Notes: generated by a model from the letters alone, not told the origin. Positions 41,655-52,057 are shown, numbered from the stretch's first letter. The stretch is 64,000 nt of DNA from an uncultured Rivularia sp. (GCA_963665115.1 OY762007.1:2176001-2240000); one strand, 5' to 3'. A program made the numbers and translations.

Positions 41655-43049
41655 ATGAATGAAGACATCACAATCTCTTTGAAAAAAGTCTCAAAGTGCT
41701 TTCAAAGGTATGCTCATCCGGTAGATAGATTAAAGGAAATTTTATTACCGGGTAATAGTACAACCTCGCAATTTTGGGCGTTACAAGATGTTGATTTAGA
41801 GATAGAAAAAGGACAAACAGTAGGAATTGTTGGGCGCAATGGTTCCGGTAAAAGTACGCTGCTACAAATTATTGCAGGTACTTTAACACCAACCGCTGGG
41901 GAGGTAGTTGTCAAGGGTAGGGTATCGGCACTTTTAGAGTTGGGAAGCGGTTTTAATCCGGAATTTACGGGAACACAAAATGTGTTTTTCAACGCTAGAT
42001 TATTGGGGTTAAATCAACAAGAAATTGAAAATAAATTTGATGATATTGCCGCTTTTGCCGATATCGGTAATTTTATCGAGCAACCCGTAAAAACTTATTC
42101 CAGTGGAATGTTTGTTCGCTTGGCTTTTGCGGTAGCGGTAAATGTTGAGCCGGAAATTTTGATTGTAGATGAAGCTTTGGCTGTAGGTGATATTGTATTT
42201 CAACATCGCTGTATGCGTCGAATGAGAAGCATGATGGATTCTGGTGTAACCACGTTATTTGTCTCTCACGATTCTGGTGCAATTAAAACGCTATGTAATT
42301 CAGCAGTAATGATTGATGGCGGTAAGATTTACGCTTCTGGTACTCCAAACAATGTAATTATCAAATACATGAAGTTGGTGACAGAAAGCGAATTGGGATT
42401 GGTAACATCAGAAAACAATATTGATGATGATTCAAGAAAAATGGTAGTGGGAGCATCTTGCTCCCAATCTAATCAAAAATCCCAATCTAATCAAAAATCC
42501 TTACCTAATCAACAAAGCGATAAAAATAATCTTACAAAGCAATCTTCTTTAGTTGAAAAAACTCGTCGAGGAAATCGTAAAGCCCTAATTGAAAGCGTAA
42601 AGCTATTTCATCAATCCGGAGATGAAGCGGATGAAAGCCCTATTTTTGGATTTAACGAACAAGTAAAACTAATAATTGAAGTCAAGGTTTATCAACAGTT
42701 ACAGGGCTGTATTATCGGATTCTTTGCCTGCGATAAAAACGGAAACGAATTAATTGGTAGTAATACGATTGAAGAAAACCAACCAATTGGTAAATTAGCG
42801 GCAGGAACCAATTTAAAAATTGAATTTACATTTAAATTACCATTACGTCCAAGCTCTTATAGTTTAACGGTAGCTGGTGCGGAAAACTATACGGCGATGA
42901 CGTTTGATTGGATTGATAACGCGATAGTTTTTCAGGTATTGCCGCCAGATACGGGCAAGCGAATTCACGCTCTGGTAGATACACCAATAAATGTCAAGGT
43001 ATTACAGCAAAACTTACCAACAAAAACCAACAAAAGCATAATGCTATGA
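41655..43049 (+). CDS. wzt: Polysaccharide ABC exporter ATPase with C-terminal carbohydrate-binding domain (copy 2)
   Basis: GRNGSGKST, YSSGM, DEALAVGD; Wzt_C-like C-terminus. Confidence 0.92.
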   Translation: MNEDITISLKKVSKCFQRYAHPVDRLKEILLPGNSTTSQFWALQDVDLEIEKGQTVGIVGRNGSGKSTLLQIIAGTLTPTAGEVVVKGRVSALLELGSGFNPEFTGTQNVFFNARLLGLNQQEIENKFDDIAAFADIGNFIEQPVKTYSSGMFVRLAFAVAVNVEPEILIVDEALAVGDIVFQHRCMRRMRSMMDSGVTTLFVSHDSGAIKTLCNSAVMIDGGKIYASGTPNNVIIKYMKLVTESELGLVTSENNIDDDSRKMVVGASCSQSNQKSQSNQKSLPNQQSDKNNLTKQSSLVEKTRRGNRKALIESVKLFHQSGDEADESPIFGFNEQVKLIIEVKVYQQLQGCIIGFFACDKNGNELIGSNTIEENQPIGKLAAGTNLKIEFTFKLPLRPSSYSLTVAGAENYTAMTFDWIDNAIVFQVLPPDTGKRIHALVDTPINVKVLQQNLPTKTNKSIML

Positions 43050-44263
43050 ATGCCGACTGGGAAAAAGATTATCCTTCATTAGTAAATTTGTTAGAAACAG
43101 ATTTGGATAATAACAGCAGCTTAAAGAAAATGCTGTCATTAATAGGAAAAAATCAGCGCGTTATTGATTTTGGCTGTGCTACAGGTTACTTCGCTCGCTT
43201 ACTTACGGATAGAGGTTGTGAGGTAACAGGAGTAGAAGTTAATTCTAAAGCTGCAAAAGTTGCCGAAAATTATTGCGATGAAGTGATTATTGCCGATTTA
43301 GATTTTGTATCTTTAAATGATATTTTATCAGAAAAAGTATCTAAAGAAAAATTTGATGTAGCTATATTTGGCGATATTTTAGAACATCTCCGCAATCCTT
43401 GGAAGGTATTACAAGAAACTCGTAATATATTAAAGCCTCAAGGGTATGTTGTTGCTTCTATTCCTAATATTGCTCATGGAGCGATTAGGCTTGCTTTATT
43501 ACAAGGGAATTTTGAATATAAAACACTTGGAATTTTAGATAATACCCATTTACGATTTTTTACTCGTGAAACAGTCGATAAATTATTTGAAGACTCGGGA
43601 TATTTAATAGACGTGATAGAGCGAACAAAGCTACCTATTTATTCTAATTCCGATTTAATTCCAGCTATTGATAGAAATAGTTTCGACAACAAGATTACTC
43701 ACGAAATCGAGCAAGATGAAGATGCAGATACATTGCAATTCGTTGTGAGAGGATATCCTGTTTCTTTAGAAAATAAATATGCAACTTTACATAAGCAGTA
43801 TTTTGAAGTTGTTGAGCGATTGAATAACTCAGAAACTAAGTTGAATAATTTGCGAATAGAATATCAAAATTCAAAAGTTCAGCTTCAAGCTCAAAATATA
43901 GAATTTGAACAAACTTTAGATAAGTTACAACAGGCTGAAATACTACTGAAAGAAGAAAAAAATAATTTACAGCAAACTCAAATTGAATTTAAAAAAGTCA
44001 AAAATCAACTTGAAGAATATCAACTTCTAATTGAAGAGGCACAAATTCAGTTAAAAGAAAAACAATTACAGTTTGAGCAAGAAAAAAATCGGCTACAGCA
44101 GGTACAGCAGCAATGGGAAGATAATCAAATTCAGCTACAGCAAGCCCACGGTGGATGGGAACATTGTCAGCAAATTATTGAAGCAATGGAAACCAGTAAA
44201 TTTTGGAAGTTACGTGGAGCATGGTTGAAACTTAAGCATTCTCTAGGTTTTAAAGTTGGGTGA
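43046..44263 (+). CDS. SAM methyltransferase with C-terminal Q/E-rich coiled coil
   Basis: IDFGCATG, DILEHL, THLRFFT; ATGA overlap with wzt copy 2. Confidence 0.85.
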   Translation: MNADWEKDYPSLVNLLETDLDNNSSLKKMLSLIGKNQRVIDFGCATGYFARLLTDRGCEVTGVEVNSKAAKVAENYCDEVIIADLDFVSLNDILSEKVSKEKFDVAIFGDILEHLRNPWKVLQETRNILKPQGYVVASIPNIAHGAIRLALLQGNFEYKTLGILDNTHLRFFTRETVDKLFEDSGYLIDVIERTKLPIYSNSDLIPAIDRNSFDNKITHEIEQDEDADTLQFVVRGYPVSLENKYATLHKQYFEVVERLNNSETKLNNLRIEYQNSKVQLQAQNIEFEQTLDKLQQAEILLKEEKNNLQQTQIEFKKVKNQLEEYQLLIEEAQIQLKEKQLQFEQEKNRLQQVQQQWEDNQIQLQQAHGGWEHCQQIIEAMETSKFWKLRGAWLKLKHSLGFKVG

Positions 44264-44267
44264 ATTT

Positions 44268-44475
44268 GTAGTGCGAGCATCTTGCTCGCTAGATAAGTAA
44301 TGTCGTAGTGCGAGCATCTTGCTCGCTGGATAAGTAATGTCGTAGTGCGAGCATCTTGCTCGCTGGATAAGTAATGTCGTAGTGCGAGCATCTTGCTCGC
44401 TGGATAAGTAATGTTGTAGTGCGAGCATCTTGCTCGCTAGATAAGTAATGTTGTAGTGCGAGCATCTTGCTCGCT
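44268..44475. repeat. 37-bp tandem repeat (5 full units plus 1 partial) built on a REP-like hairpin
   Basis: Unit GTAGTGCGAGCATCTTGCTCGCTRGATAAGTAATGTY at 44268, 44305, 44342, 44379, 44416 and 44453. Confidence 0.95.
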
Positions 44476-44602
44476 CGTTATTTATCTAACTAGCAAGATG
44501 CTCTCTTGTTATTCATCTAGCAAACAAGATGTCGTATTAGAGGGCTAAAGCCCTTACTACAAACACATATAGTTTAAAGATTTTAGTTGAGGATGTTAAA
44601 CA

Positions 44603-45823
44603 ATGATTAGTCAGGCAAAGCAATCTCAATTAGTTATAAATCAACAACAATTAAATCATCGTCATTCTCAAATATTAGCCAATCACCAAGAATTAGAAAA
44701 AAAATATTTTCCGCAGGATATATATAATCTAAATAAACCAATTTCTCAACCATTACGAATAAAAAAATCCGATTACACTTTAGAAGAAAAGAGATTATTA
44801 GTTATAGCGCGATCGCAAGCTGCCAATTTGTGTAAAAGCAAAGGATACAACCCTTGGGAATTAAAATATAATCGGGCATACCAAAATTGTAATAATCCCT
44901 GTATAACTGTTGTTATTACACTCTTCAATTATTCTAAATATATTCATGAGTGTTTGAATAGTGTAGCTAATTCAGATATTTATAATTTACCAGGAGATAT
45001 TGAAGTTTTGGTAATTGATGATTGTTCAACTGATAATTCCGCAATTCTTGTGGAAGAATATTTAGAAAAATCAGATTTGCCAATATGTTTGATAAAAAAA
45101 TGGTTTAATACTGGTTTAGCCGAAGCAAGAAATATCGGTTTAGAAACAGCCAATTCACCCTATATATTTATTTTAGACGCTGATAATTGGATTTATCCCC
45201 ACTGTCTATCAGTTCTTTACGAACAAATAAATTCAAATAAATATGCTGCTGTTTATGCACAAATAAGCCAATTTGATAATGATACAAGAAAAGAATTAGG
45301 TAGAATCTCTTCTCACGAATGGGATGTCAACAAATTAGTCAGGCAGCCTTATATTGATGCTATGGCTATGTTTGATAGAGATATATTGCTTCAAGTCGGG
45401 GGATATTCTACAGATTTGATTGAGTATGGTTGGTTTGGATGGGATGACTATGATGTGTGGTTAAAATTAGCTCAAGCTAACTATGTTTGTAAGTTCGTTC
45501 CTCAAGTTCTTAGTGCATATAGAGTTCATTCAACTTCGATGATAAATACTACTAATAAATATGCACTTAACCTTGCTAAATATTTTTGTCAAAAGTTTGC
45601 CGATTTTGTTCAAAAATATCAGACATCGGAGATGATATTCGGTTTTTCTCAAAACGAATTATATCGCGAGCCATTTTACATTCTAGAGAATAATCCACAA
45701 TTGTTACTACAAGAATTACAGCTTGCTCGAAATCAAATTGTAGCTATGGAGTCGAGTAAGTTTTGGGAATTAAGAAATAAATGGCTCAAGCTAAAAAGTT
45801 TTTTAATTAAAATTAAAAACTAA
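44603..45823 (+). CDS. Glycosyltransferase family 2
   Basis: IDDCSTD, GLAEARNIG, ILDADN, WDDYDVW. Confidence 0.88.
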   Translation: MISQAKQSQLVINQQQLNHRHSQILANHQELEKKYFPQDIYNLNKPISQPLRIKKSDYTLEEKRLLVIARSQAANLCKSKGYNPWELKYNRAYQNCNNPCITVVITLFNYSKYIHECLNSVANSDIYNLPGDIEVLVIDDCSTDNSAILVEEYLEKSDLPICLIKKWFNTGLAEARNIGLETANSPYIFILDADNWIYPHCLSVLYEQINSNKYAAVYAQISQFDNDTRKELGRISSHEWDVNKLVRQPYIDAMAMFDRDILLQVGGYSTDLIEYGWFGWDDYDVWLKLAQANYVCKFVPQVLSAYRVHSTSMINTTNKYALNLAKYFCQKFADFVQKYQTSEMIFGFSQNELYREPFYILENNPQLLLQELQLARNQIVAMESSKFWELRNKWLKLKSFLIKIKN

Positions 45824-45830
45824 TTATATT

Positions 45831-46781
45831 GTGACGAAAAGTATGGGATTAAATTTGAATTATAAAGTAGCAGCTTACATTACAGCTTATCAAGATATAG
45901 AAGCACTTAAAAGTACTATTACTGCAATCCAAAAACAGTGTTATCCAATATTGGAAATATTTATTATCGACAATTCGATAAAACAAGTTATTATTGAAAA
46001 TAAAGATGAAAATATTACAGTTGAATTTCACCCCGAAAATATAGGTGTTGATGGCGGATTAAATATAGCTTTAAAATGGGCTATTGAGAAAAAATATGAT
46101 TTCCTTTGGCTTTTCGATCAGGATAGTCAACCAGCAGACGATAGTTTAAAAGTTTTATTAGCTAAATATCAAGAATTATCTGCAAAATATAATATTGGCA
46201 TACTTTCTCCTCAGATACTTGACATTAATACTTCGCAAGAATTCCCTGGATACGTTTTTCAAGATTATAAATTTGTACCAAAAACTGGATATGCTCAAGC
46301 AAAAGATTATTATACCTGTGATGGTGTAATCACTTCAGGCTCTCTTGTCAATTTAAACGCAGCTAAATCTGTTGAACTTCCTAAAGGGAATTTATTTCTG
46401 GATGCAGTGGATTATGCCTACTGTATGAATTTAAAATCCCAAGGTTATGAAATAATTGTAGTCAAAAATATAATTATGCAGCATCGTCTTGGTAATTATT
46501 CTAAAGTTAAAGATAGATTATCCAAGATAGACAACGAAATTTTAACTTTTACTTGTTCTCCATCTCGTTATTACTATGCCTGTCGAAATCATACTTATTT
46601 TGAAACTCGTCACTCAAATAAGCGAATGTTACATTTTTGTATTGTCTATAGATTAAAATGTCTTAGAGATATGATAATTAGGGTTATGCGTTACGAACCC
46701 GACTTAGTTTTTCTCAAAGTATGGGCTTGCACTTTTGGAACTTTTGACGGTTTTATAGGTAGGCTTGGTAAAACTTGGTAA
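45831..46781 (+). CDS. GT2 rhamnosyltransferase-like protein
   Basis: FDQDS, VITSGSL, LFLDAVD, RYYYACRN. Confidence 0.85.
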   Translation: MTKSMGLNLNYKVAAYITAYQDIEALKSTITAIQKQCYPILEIFIIDNSIKQVIIENKDENITVEFHPENIGVDGGLNIALKWAIEKKYDFLWLFDQDSQPADDSLKVLLAKYQELSAKYNIGILSPQILDINTSQEFPGYVFQDYKFVPKTGYAQAKDYYTCDGVITSGSLVNLNAAKSVELPKGNLFLDAVDYAYCMNLKSQGYEIIVVKNIIMQHRLGNYSKVKDRLSKIDNEILTFTCSPSRYYYACRNHTYFETRHSNKRMLHFCIVYRLKCLRDMIIRVMRYEPDLVFLKVWACTFGTFDGFIGRLGKTW

Positions 46782-46874
46782 AGTTATTATTTTTCTAAGC
46801 TAAAAATTACCTGTTAAAATTTTATTCCAAAATGGAAGTAAGATGAAAATTCAGGGATAGTTTATAACAAATCA

Positions 46875-47420
46875 ATGAAAATCATTTTTGCTGAAATTCC
46901 TGATATTCTAATTCTCGAACCACAAATCTTTCAAGATAATCGTGGTTTTTTCTTTGAAGCTTTTAATTTAAAAAAATTTGCCGATAAAACAGGTATTAAT
47001 GTTAACTTCGTTCAAGATAATCATTCTTACTCAAAACGAAGCGTATTGCGGGGTTTACATTACCAAATCGAGCAACCGCAAGGAAAATTAGTACGTGCTG
47101 TTGTTGGTAGTATATTTGACGTAGCAGTAGATATTCGGAAAAGCTCTCCTACTTTCGGTAAATGGGTGGGCTATGAAATCAGCGCTGAAAATAAGCGTCA
47201 AATGTGGGTACCATCAGGTTTTGCTCATGGTTTTGTGGTGCTTTCCGAAGTTGCAGAAGTTCTTTATAAAACTACAGATTATTACGCACCTCGTGGAGAA
47301 CGTACTATCCTTTGGAACGATACCGATTTAAGTATTGATTGGCAAATAAGCGATCGCCCAATTGTTTCTGATAAAGATGCAGCAGGTAAATCTTTTAAAA
47401 TCGCTGAAGTTTTTCCTTGA
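46875..47420 (+). CDS. rfbC: dTDP-4-dehydrorhamnose 3,5-epimerase
   Basis: DNRGFFFE, VQDNHS, LRGLHYQ, GFAHGF. Confidence 0.96.
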   Translation: MKIIFAEIPDILILEPQIFQDNRGFFFEAFNLKKFADKTGINVNFVQDNHSYSKRSVLRGLHYQIEQPQGKLVRAVVGSIFDVAVDIRKSSPTFGKWVGYEISAENKRQMWVPSGFAHGFVVLSEVAEVLYKTTDYYAPRGERTILWNDTDLSIDWQISDRPIVSDKDAAGKSFKIAEVFP

Positions 47421-47523
47421 TGTATTAATCAATTGCAATTAATTCGTTGTGAAATTGAAACCAGTGTAGAGACGTGATATATCATGTCTCTACATTATGT
47501 TAGTAAAATTTCTAATTTTAGGT

Positions 47524-49122
47524 TTAAACTACAGCGCCAAAATCCTGTGTCCAATAAGTGTTGTAGTTTATTTCTCCGGTGTCGTTTGCCAGGTAATGAT
47601 ACCCAATTCCAACTTCTTTATAGTTCGGATTGAGAATATTTTCGCGATGTCCGGGACTATTCATCCATCCTCTGACAACTTCTTCAGCTGTAATGTAGCC
47701 TGCTGCAATGTTTTCCCCTACATAAGATGATTGGTAGCCTGCCGATTTAGTGCGATCGCTAACTCTAGTACCGTTGGAACCTGTATGGCTAAAGAAGTCA
47801 CTTAAAGCCATATCTTCACTATGTACTTGAGCAGATTCGGATAGGTTCATATTTAAAGTTAGAAGCTGCAAACCATGCTGACTGCGATAAGAATTTGTCA
47901 GTGCAACAACTTCTTCAATTAGAGGATTTATAGTCGGAGGTAAGGCAGCAGACTCAGGTGTGGGAGAAGTTGGAGTAGCTGGAACGGGTGAAGATTCATT
48001 CAAAACTATGGTATTAGATTCAGTATCTATCGGAGTTACAGACAGGCTCAAATTATAGTTACTATTAGATTCTTCTATTCCTTGGAAAACCCTAATATAG
48101 TAGGTTCCAGTTTCCAAATTATTAGTGCTTAAGAATTCGTTGATGTTACTATTGCTGGCAGCACGAGAGACGATTTCACCGCTGCCGTTCAACAATTCCA
48201 CATCTACGTCTGCACTTAATCCGTTAATTGTTATTTCGAGATTGCTGTTGGGATTATTCAAACTCAAACTATAAAAATCGTCTGTGTCAGAGTAGCCAAT
48301 AGAGTCTCTAAAAACTATTTCCCCAGAGTTTAAAGCTACTGCACGAGAGCTTTCTAAGCTGTTACCAGCATAGTCGGTTTCAATAAATTCACTGGCATTA
48401 AGTCCGTTACTTAAACCCGTAGTGACGAAGTGTTCGTAAGCATCGCTATAAGTAAAACCCAAGTTGTTTAATTCAGGATTGTTGTCTAAATAGTACTTGA
48501 CATCAAATCCCGGTGCTGATGCTCTGCCTTCATTTAAACCATTGAGTACAAAATGCTCTAAAAGCTGCTTGTTATCTAATGAACTAGCTGCTAAATCGGC
48601 ATGAGCATTTTTATAGAATTGTGCATCAAAAGCAGGTGAAAAAGAATCGCCACTATTCAAACCTTCAATTACCAAATTATCAAATGCCTTTTTATAGCTA
48701 TTACCAAAGGCTTGAGCAACATCAGGATTATCAGCCAAATAATAGTCAACGTTGAAAAATGGTGAAAAGGAATCTCCTGCCGCTATACCCCGATTTTTTA
48801 AATCCTCAAATAGTTCTTCGTAATTTAAATCAGCTAAATTACTATTACTTTCTTGGTAGAAATTTAAGTCAACAAGCGAAGAGAATTTTCGCCCCTGGCT
48901 GACACCATAATTCACTAAATGCTCGTAAGCTTGTCTGTTATTTAAGTCAGCTAGATCGCTATTACTAGCACGATAAAAATCTAAATCAACTAATGATGAA
49001 AATTCCAGACCATTTTCTAAACCGTAATTTTTAAAATGCGACCATGATTGGTTATCGCTTAAGCCATTCAAATCTGAATTAGCCGAGCGATAGAAGTTAG
49101 CATCAAATAAATTGATAGGCAT
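47524..49122 (-). CDS. Protein with N-terminal FDxxFYxxxNxDL repeats, a PPC domain and a C-terminal CAP/SCP domain
   Basis: About 6-7 repeats of FDANFYRSANSDL...EHxxxxG; DTDDFY...GTYYIRV (PPC); GENIAAG...WMNSPGHRENIL (CAP); ATG 49122 preferred as start. Confidence 0.85.
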   Translation of the reverse strand: MPINLFDANFYRSANSDLNGLSDNQSWSHFKNYGLENGLEFSSLVDLDFYRASNSDLADLNNRQAYEHLVNYGVSQGRKFSSLVDLNFYQESNSNLADLNYEELFEDLKNRGIAAGDSFSPFFNVDYYLADNPDVAQAFGNSYKKAFDNLVIEGLNSGDSFSPAFDAQFYKNAHADLAASSLDNKQLLEHFVLNGLNEGRASAPGFDVKYYLDNNPELNNLGFTYSDAYEHFVTTGLSNGLNASEFIETDYAGNSLESSRAVALNSGEIVFRDSIGYSDTDDFYSLSLNNPNSNLEITINGLSADVDVELLNGSGEIVSRAASNSNINEFLSTNNLETGTYYIRVFQGIEESNSNYNLSLSVTPIDTESNTIVLNESSPVPATPTSPTPESAALPPTINPLIEEVVALTNSYRSQHGLQLLTLNMNLSESAQVHSEDMALSDFFSHTGSNGTRVSDRTKSAGYQSSYVGENIAAGYITAEEVVRGWMNSPGHRENILNPNYKEVGIGYHYLANDTGEINYNTYWTQDFGAVV

Positions 49123-50010
49123 AGGTTTATTAGGGAACAACACAAAAAAACATTGCAAACGTTTGCTTTCGTCAGGGTTCCTATACCACGTGGCTAAAAT
49201 CATAAAACCAGAAGTTTTATAATTTTAAGAAAAAATTAAACATTCATTCAACTACGGATTATAGCAAGATTAGCACACTAAATTTTGTCTACTACTATAA
49301 GTAGTATTTCTAAGTAGGTAGGTTATATTTTTGAAAAACAACCTATTTGTAAGCGATTCACAGAATCTTCATAAACATCAATGTAAACAAATACTAAACA
49401 CTTTAACTACATACATAAGTATTTTTTAACATTAATTATTTTTTAACTGTAGAAATTTAAATCATGTTATAAGAAAATACTTTTGTATCTATCTATATAT
49501 TTGTGAGCAAAAATAATTATTCAAGCCTAAAAACTTTACCCAAAGACTTATCTATTTAGCTAAATTAGCTGATAAGAAAATATTATGTGAAAAAAGAAGA
49601 TTCAACAATACAATATTTATAGTATTTAAGATTAATTTGTTATGTAAGTTTAGTGATTATAGGATATGTACTGAAATAAAATTTAAACCGATTGCTGATT
49701 ATAAGTCCTTGAAGCTACATTTAATCTATTATTTAAACTGATAGATAACATTTAAATTATAAAATTATTGAGCAAAAATAATGTGTTTATATTAAAAACA
49801 ATTAATAGTGTTATCCTTATTTTTGACCTGCCAACGATAATACTTAGTTCTTTTTGTCTGGAACATTAAAAATACTAATGTAAACTTTTATTTATCTCCT
49901 TAATTCTCATTGCATAACTATTGATGGGCGATCGCCTTTCAAGATATTATTTTTCTACATGGATAGAATTTGTAGACTAGTTTATAGGCTAGAAATGTGG
50001 GGAGTATTTC

Positions 50011-50903
50011 ATGGTGAGTAAATCAATTTTGCTAATTGGCTGTAATGGTCAAGTAGGTACTCAATTAACAAAAACTCTTCAACCTTACAACAATTTGATA
50101 CCTGTAGCGCGGCCGGTAGTGGAGCTTGCTCAACCTGAAACGATAAAGGACTTAATTAAGCAACATCAACCAGAAACGATCGTTAACGCTGCTGCTTATA
50201 CTTCCGTAGATAAAGCTGAAAGCGAACCCGAATTAGCAAACACAGTTAATGCTATAGCTTCAAAAGTTTTAGCTGAAGAAGCTGAAAAATTGCGGGCTTT
50301 ATTGATTCATATCTCTACTGATTATGTTTTCGATGGTAAAACCAGTTGCCCTTATCAGGAAAACGATCCAACTAACCCTTTAAGCGTTTACGGCAAGACT
50401 AAATTAGCCGCAGAACAAGCTATTCGGTTAAATTGTAGCAACCATATAATTCTGCGTACAGCCTGGGTTTATGGGACAGGAGGTAAAAGCAACTTTGTCA
50501 AAACAATGTTGCGATTAGGAGCAGAAAAGACAGAACTCAAGATAGTCGCCGATCAAATAGGTAGTCCCACCAGGGCAAAAGATATAGCGCAAACTATAGC
50601 CTTACTAATTTCTCAGAATCCTTGTGAAACTGGCACTTACCACTACACAAACAGCGGTGTAGCCAGTTGGTATGACTTTGCTGTTGCCATTTTTGAAGAA
50701 GCAAGATTATTAAACTTTCCTTTGAAGATTGAGCGCGTCATTCCTATTACTACTTCCGAATACCCGACTCCTGCGACTCGTCCCCTAAATATTCAGTTCT
50801 TAATTGCGCCAAAATATCACCGAAGCTGGAATCCTATCCACCTCATTGGCGACAAAGCCTTAGAGAAATGCTTCAAGAACTTCGACAATTAAGTCAATTG
50901 TGA
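50011..50903 (+). CDS. rfbD: dTDP-4-dehydrorhamnose reductase, frameshifted near the C-terminus at C run 50782-50785
   Basis: GCNGQVG, HISTDYVFDG, YGKTK; corrected frame reads RPKYSVLNCAKI...HWRQSLREML to TGA 50903. Confidence 0.9.
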
Positions 50904-50980
50904 ATTATAAAAGCTAAAAGATTTATTAGCTGTGTGTTTTGTACTAACTTGATTCCCTCTCGGCTGAATTCCCAAAATAT

Positions 50981-52057
50981 ATGAAAGCATTAATCCTCTC
51001 TGGCGGTAAAGGTACCCGACTGCGCCCCCTTACTTACACTGGAGCTAAACAACTTGTACCTGTCGCCAACAAACCTATTTTATGGTATGGCATCGAAGAA
51101 ATGGTAGCAGCCGGTATTACTGATATCGGTATCATTATTTCACCAGAGACTGGAGAAGAAGTAAAATCTCAAACCGGAAATGGGGATAAATTTGCAGTCA
51201 ATATCACCTATATTTTACAAGAGCAACCAGCAGGACTTGCTCATGCGGTGAAAGTTGCACAACCTTTCTTAGGAGATTCACCTTTTGTAATGTACTTAGG
51301 TGATAATCTTATTCAACAAGGTGACTTAAGTTATTTTCTCAAACAATTTCAACAGCAACACCACGATGCATTAATACTATTGCGTGCTGTTGATAATCCT
51401 AGTGCGTTCGGAGTCGCTAAAGTCGATGAAAGTGGCAAAGTTTTAGAACTAATTGAAAAACCAAAGCTTCCTCCTTCCAATTTAGCTTTGGTAGGGGTTT
51501 ATTTCTTTTCTGAAATTATTCACCAAGCCATTGCCTGTATTAAACCTTCGGCAAGGGGTGAATTAGAAATTACTGACGCTATTCAATATTTAATTAGTCA
51601 GAAAAAGCAGGTGTTAGCCTGTAAGCTTGAGGGTTGGTGGCTAGATACAGGGAAAAAAGATGATTTATTAGAAGCTAATCGTTTAATTCTTGATACCAGC
51701 TTACAAACATTGATTTCTGGAGAGGTAGATAGCCAAAGTCAAGTAATTGGCAGAGTGCAAATCGGCTCCGACTCAAAAGTCATTAACTGCACGATTCGCG
51801 GCCCCGTAATTATTGGAGATAATTGTCATTTAGAAAATTGTTTTATTGGTCCTTATACCAGCATTGCTGACGAATCAACTTTAGTAGATACCGAGTTAGA
51901 ACACAGTGTAGTTTTGCAAGGTGCTAAGATATCCGGAATTCATCAAAGAATTATTGATAGTTTAATAGGGCAAAGGGCGCAGGTAACACTTGCACCCCGT
52001 CGTCCTAAAGCCTTGCGATTTATGATTGGTGACGACTCTCAAATAGAATTATCATAA
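50981..52057 (+). CDS. rfbA: Glucose-1-phosphate thymidylyltransferase (long form)
   Basis: LSGGKGTRLRPLT...KQLVPVANKP, RGELEITD, WWLDTG; C-terminal hexapeptide repeats. Confidence 0.92.
   Translation: MKALILSGGKGTRLRPLTYTGAKQLVPVANKPILWYGIEEMVAAGITDIGIIISPETGEEVKSQTGNGDKFAVNITYILQEQPAGLAHAVKVAQPFLGDSPFVMYLGDNLIQQGDLSYFLKQFQQQHHDALILLRAVDNPSAFGVAKVDESGKVLELIEKPKLPPSNLALVGVYFFSEIIHQAIACIKPSARGELEITDAIQYLISQKKQVLACKLEGWWLDTGKKDDLLEANRLILDTSLQTLISGEVDSQSQVIGRVQIGSDSKVINCTIRGPVIIGDNCHLENCFIGPYTSIADESTLVDTELEHSVVLQGAKISGIHQRIIDSLIGQRAQVTLAPRRPKALRFMIGDDSQIELS

Noticed and set aside
44167..44428. Minus-strand ORFs of 74 and 61 aa
   Set aside because: They are translations of the 37-bp tandem repeat.
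44268..44475. Second CRISPR array (37-bp period, palindromic)
   Set aside because: The sequence between palindromes is constant with no unique spacers, and the core is a dispersed REP-like element.
49123..49200. Possible riboswitch upstream of the CAP-domain gene
   Set aside because: Some pairing potential but no recognisable aptamer consensus.
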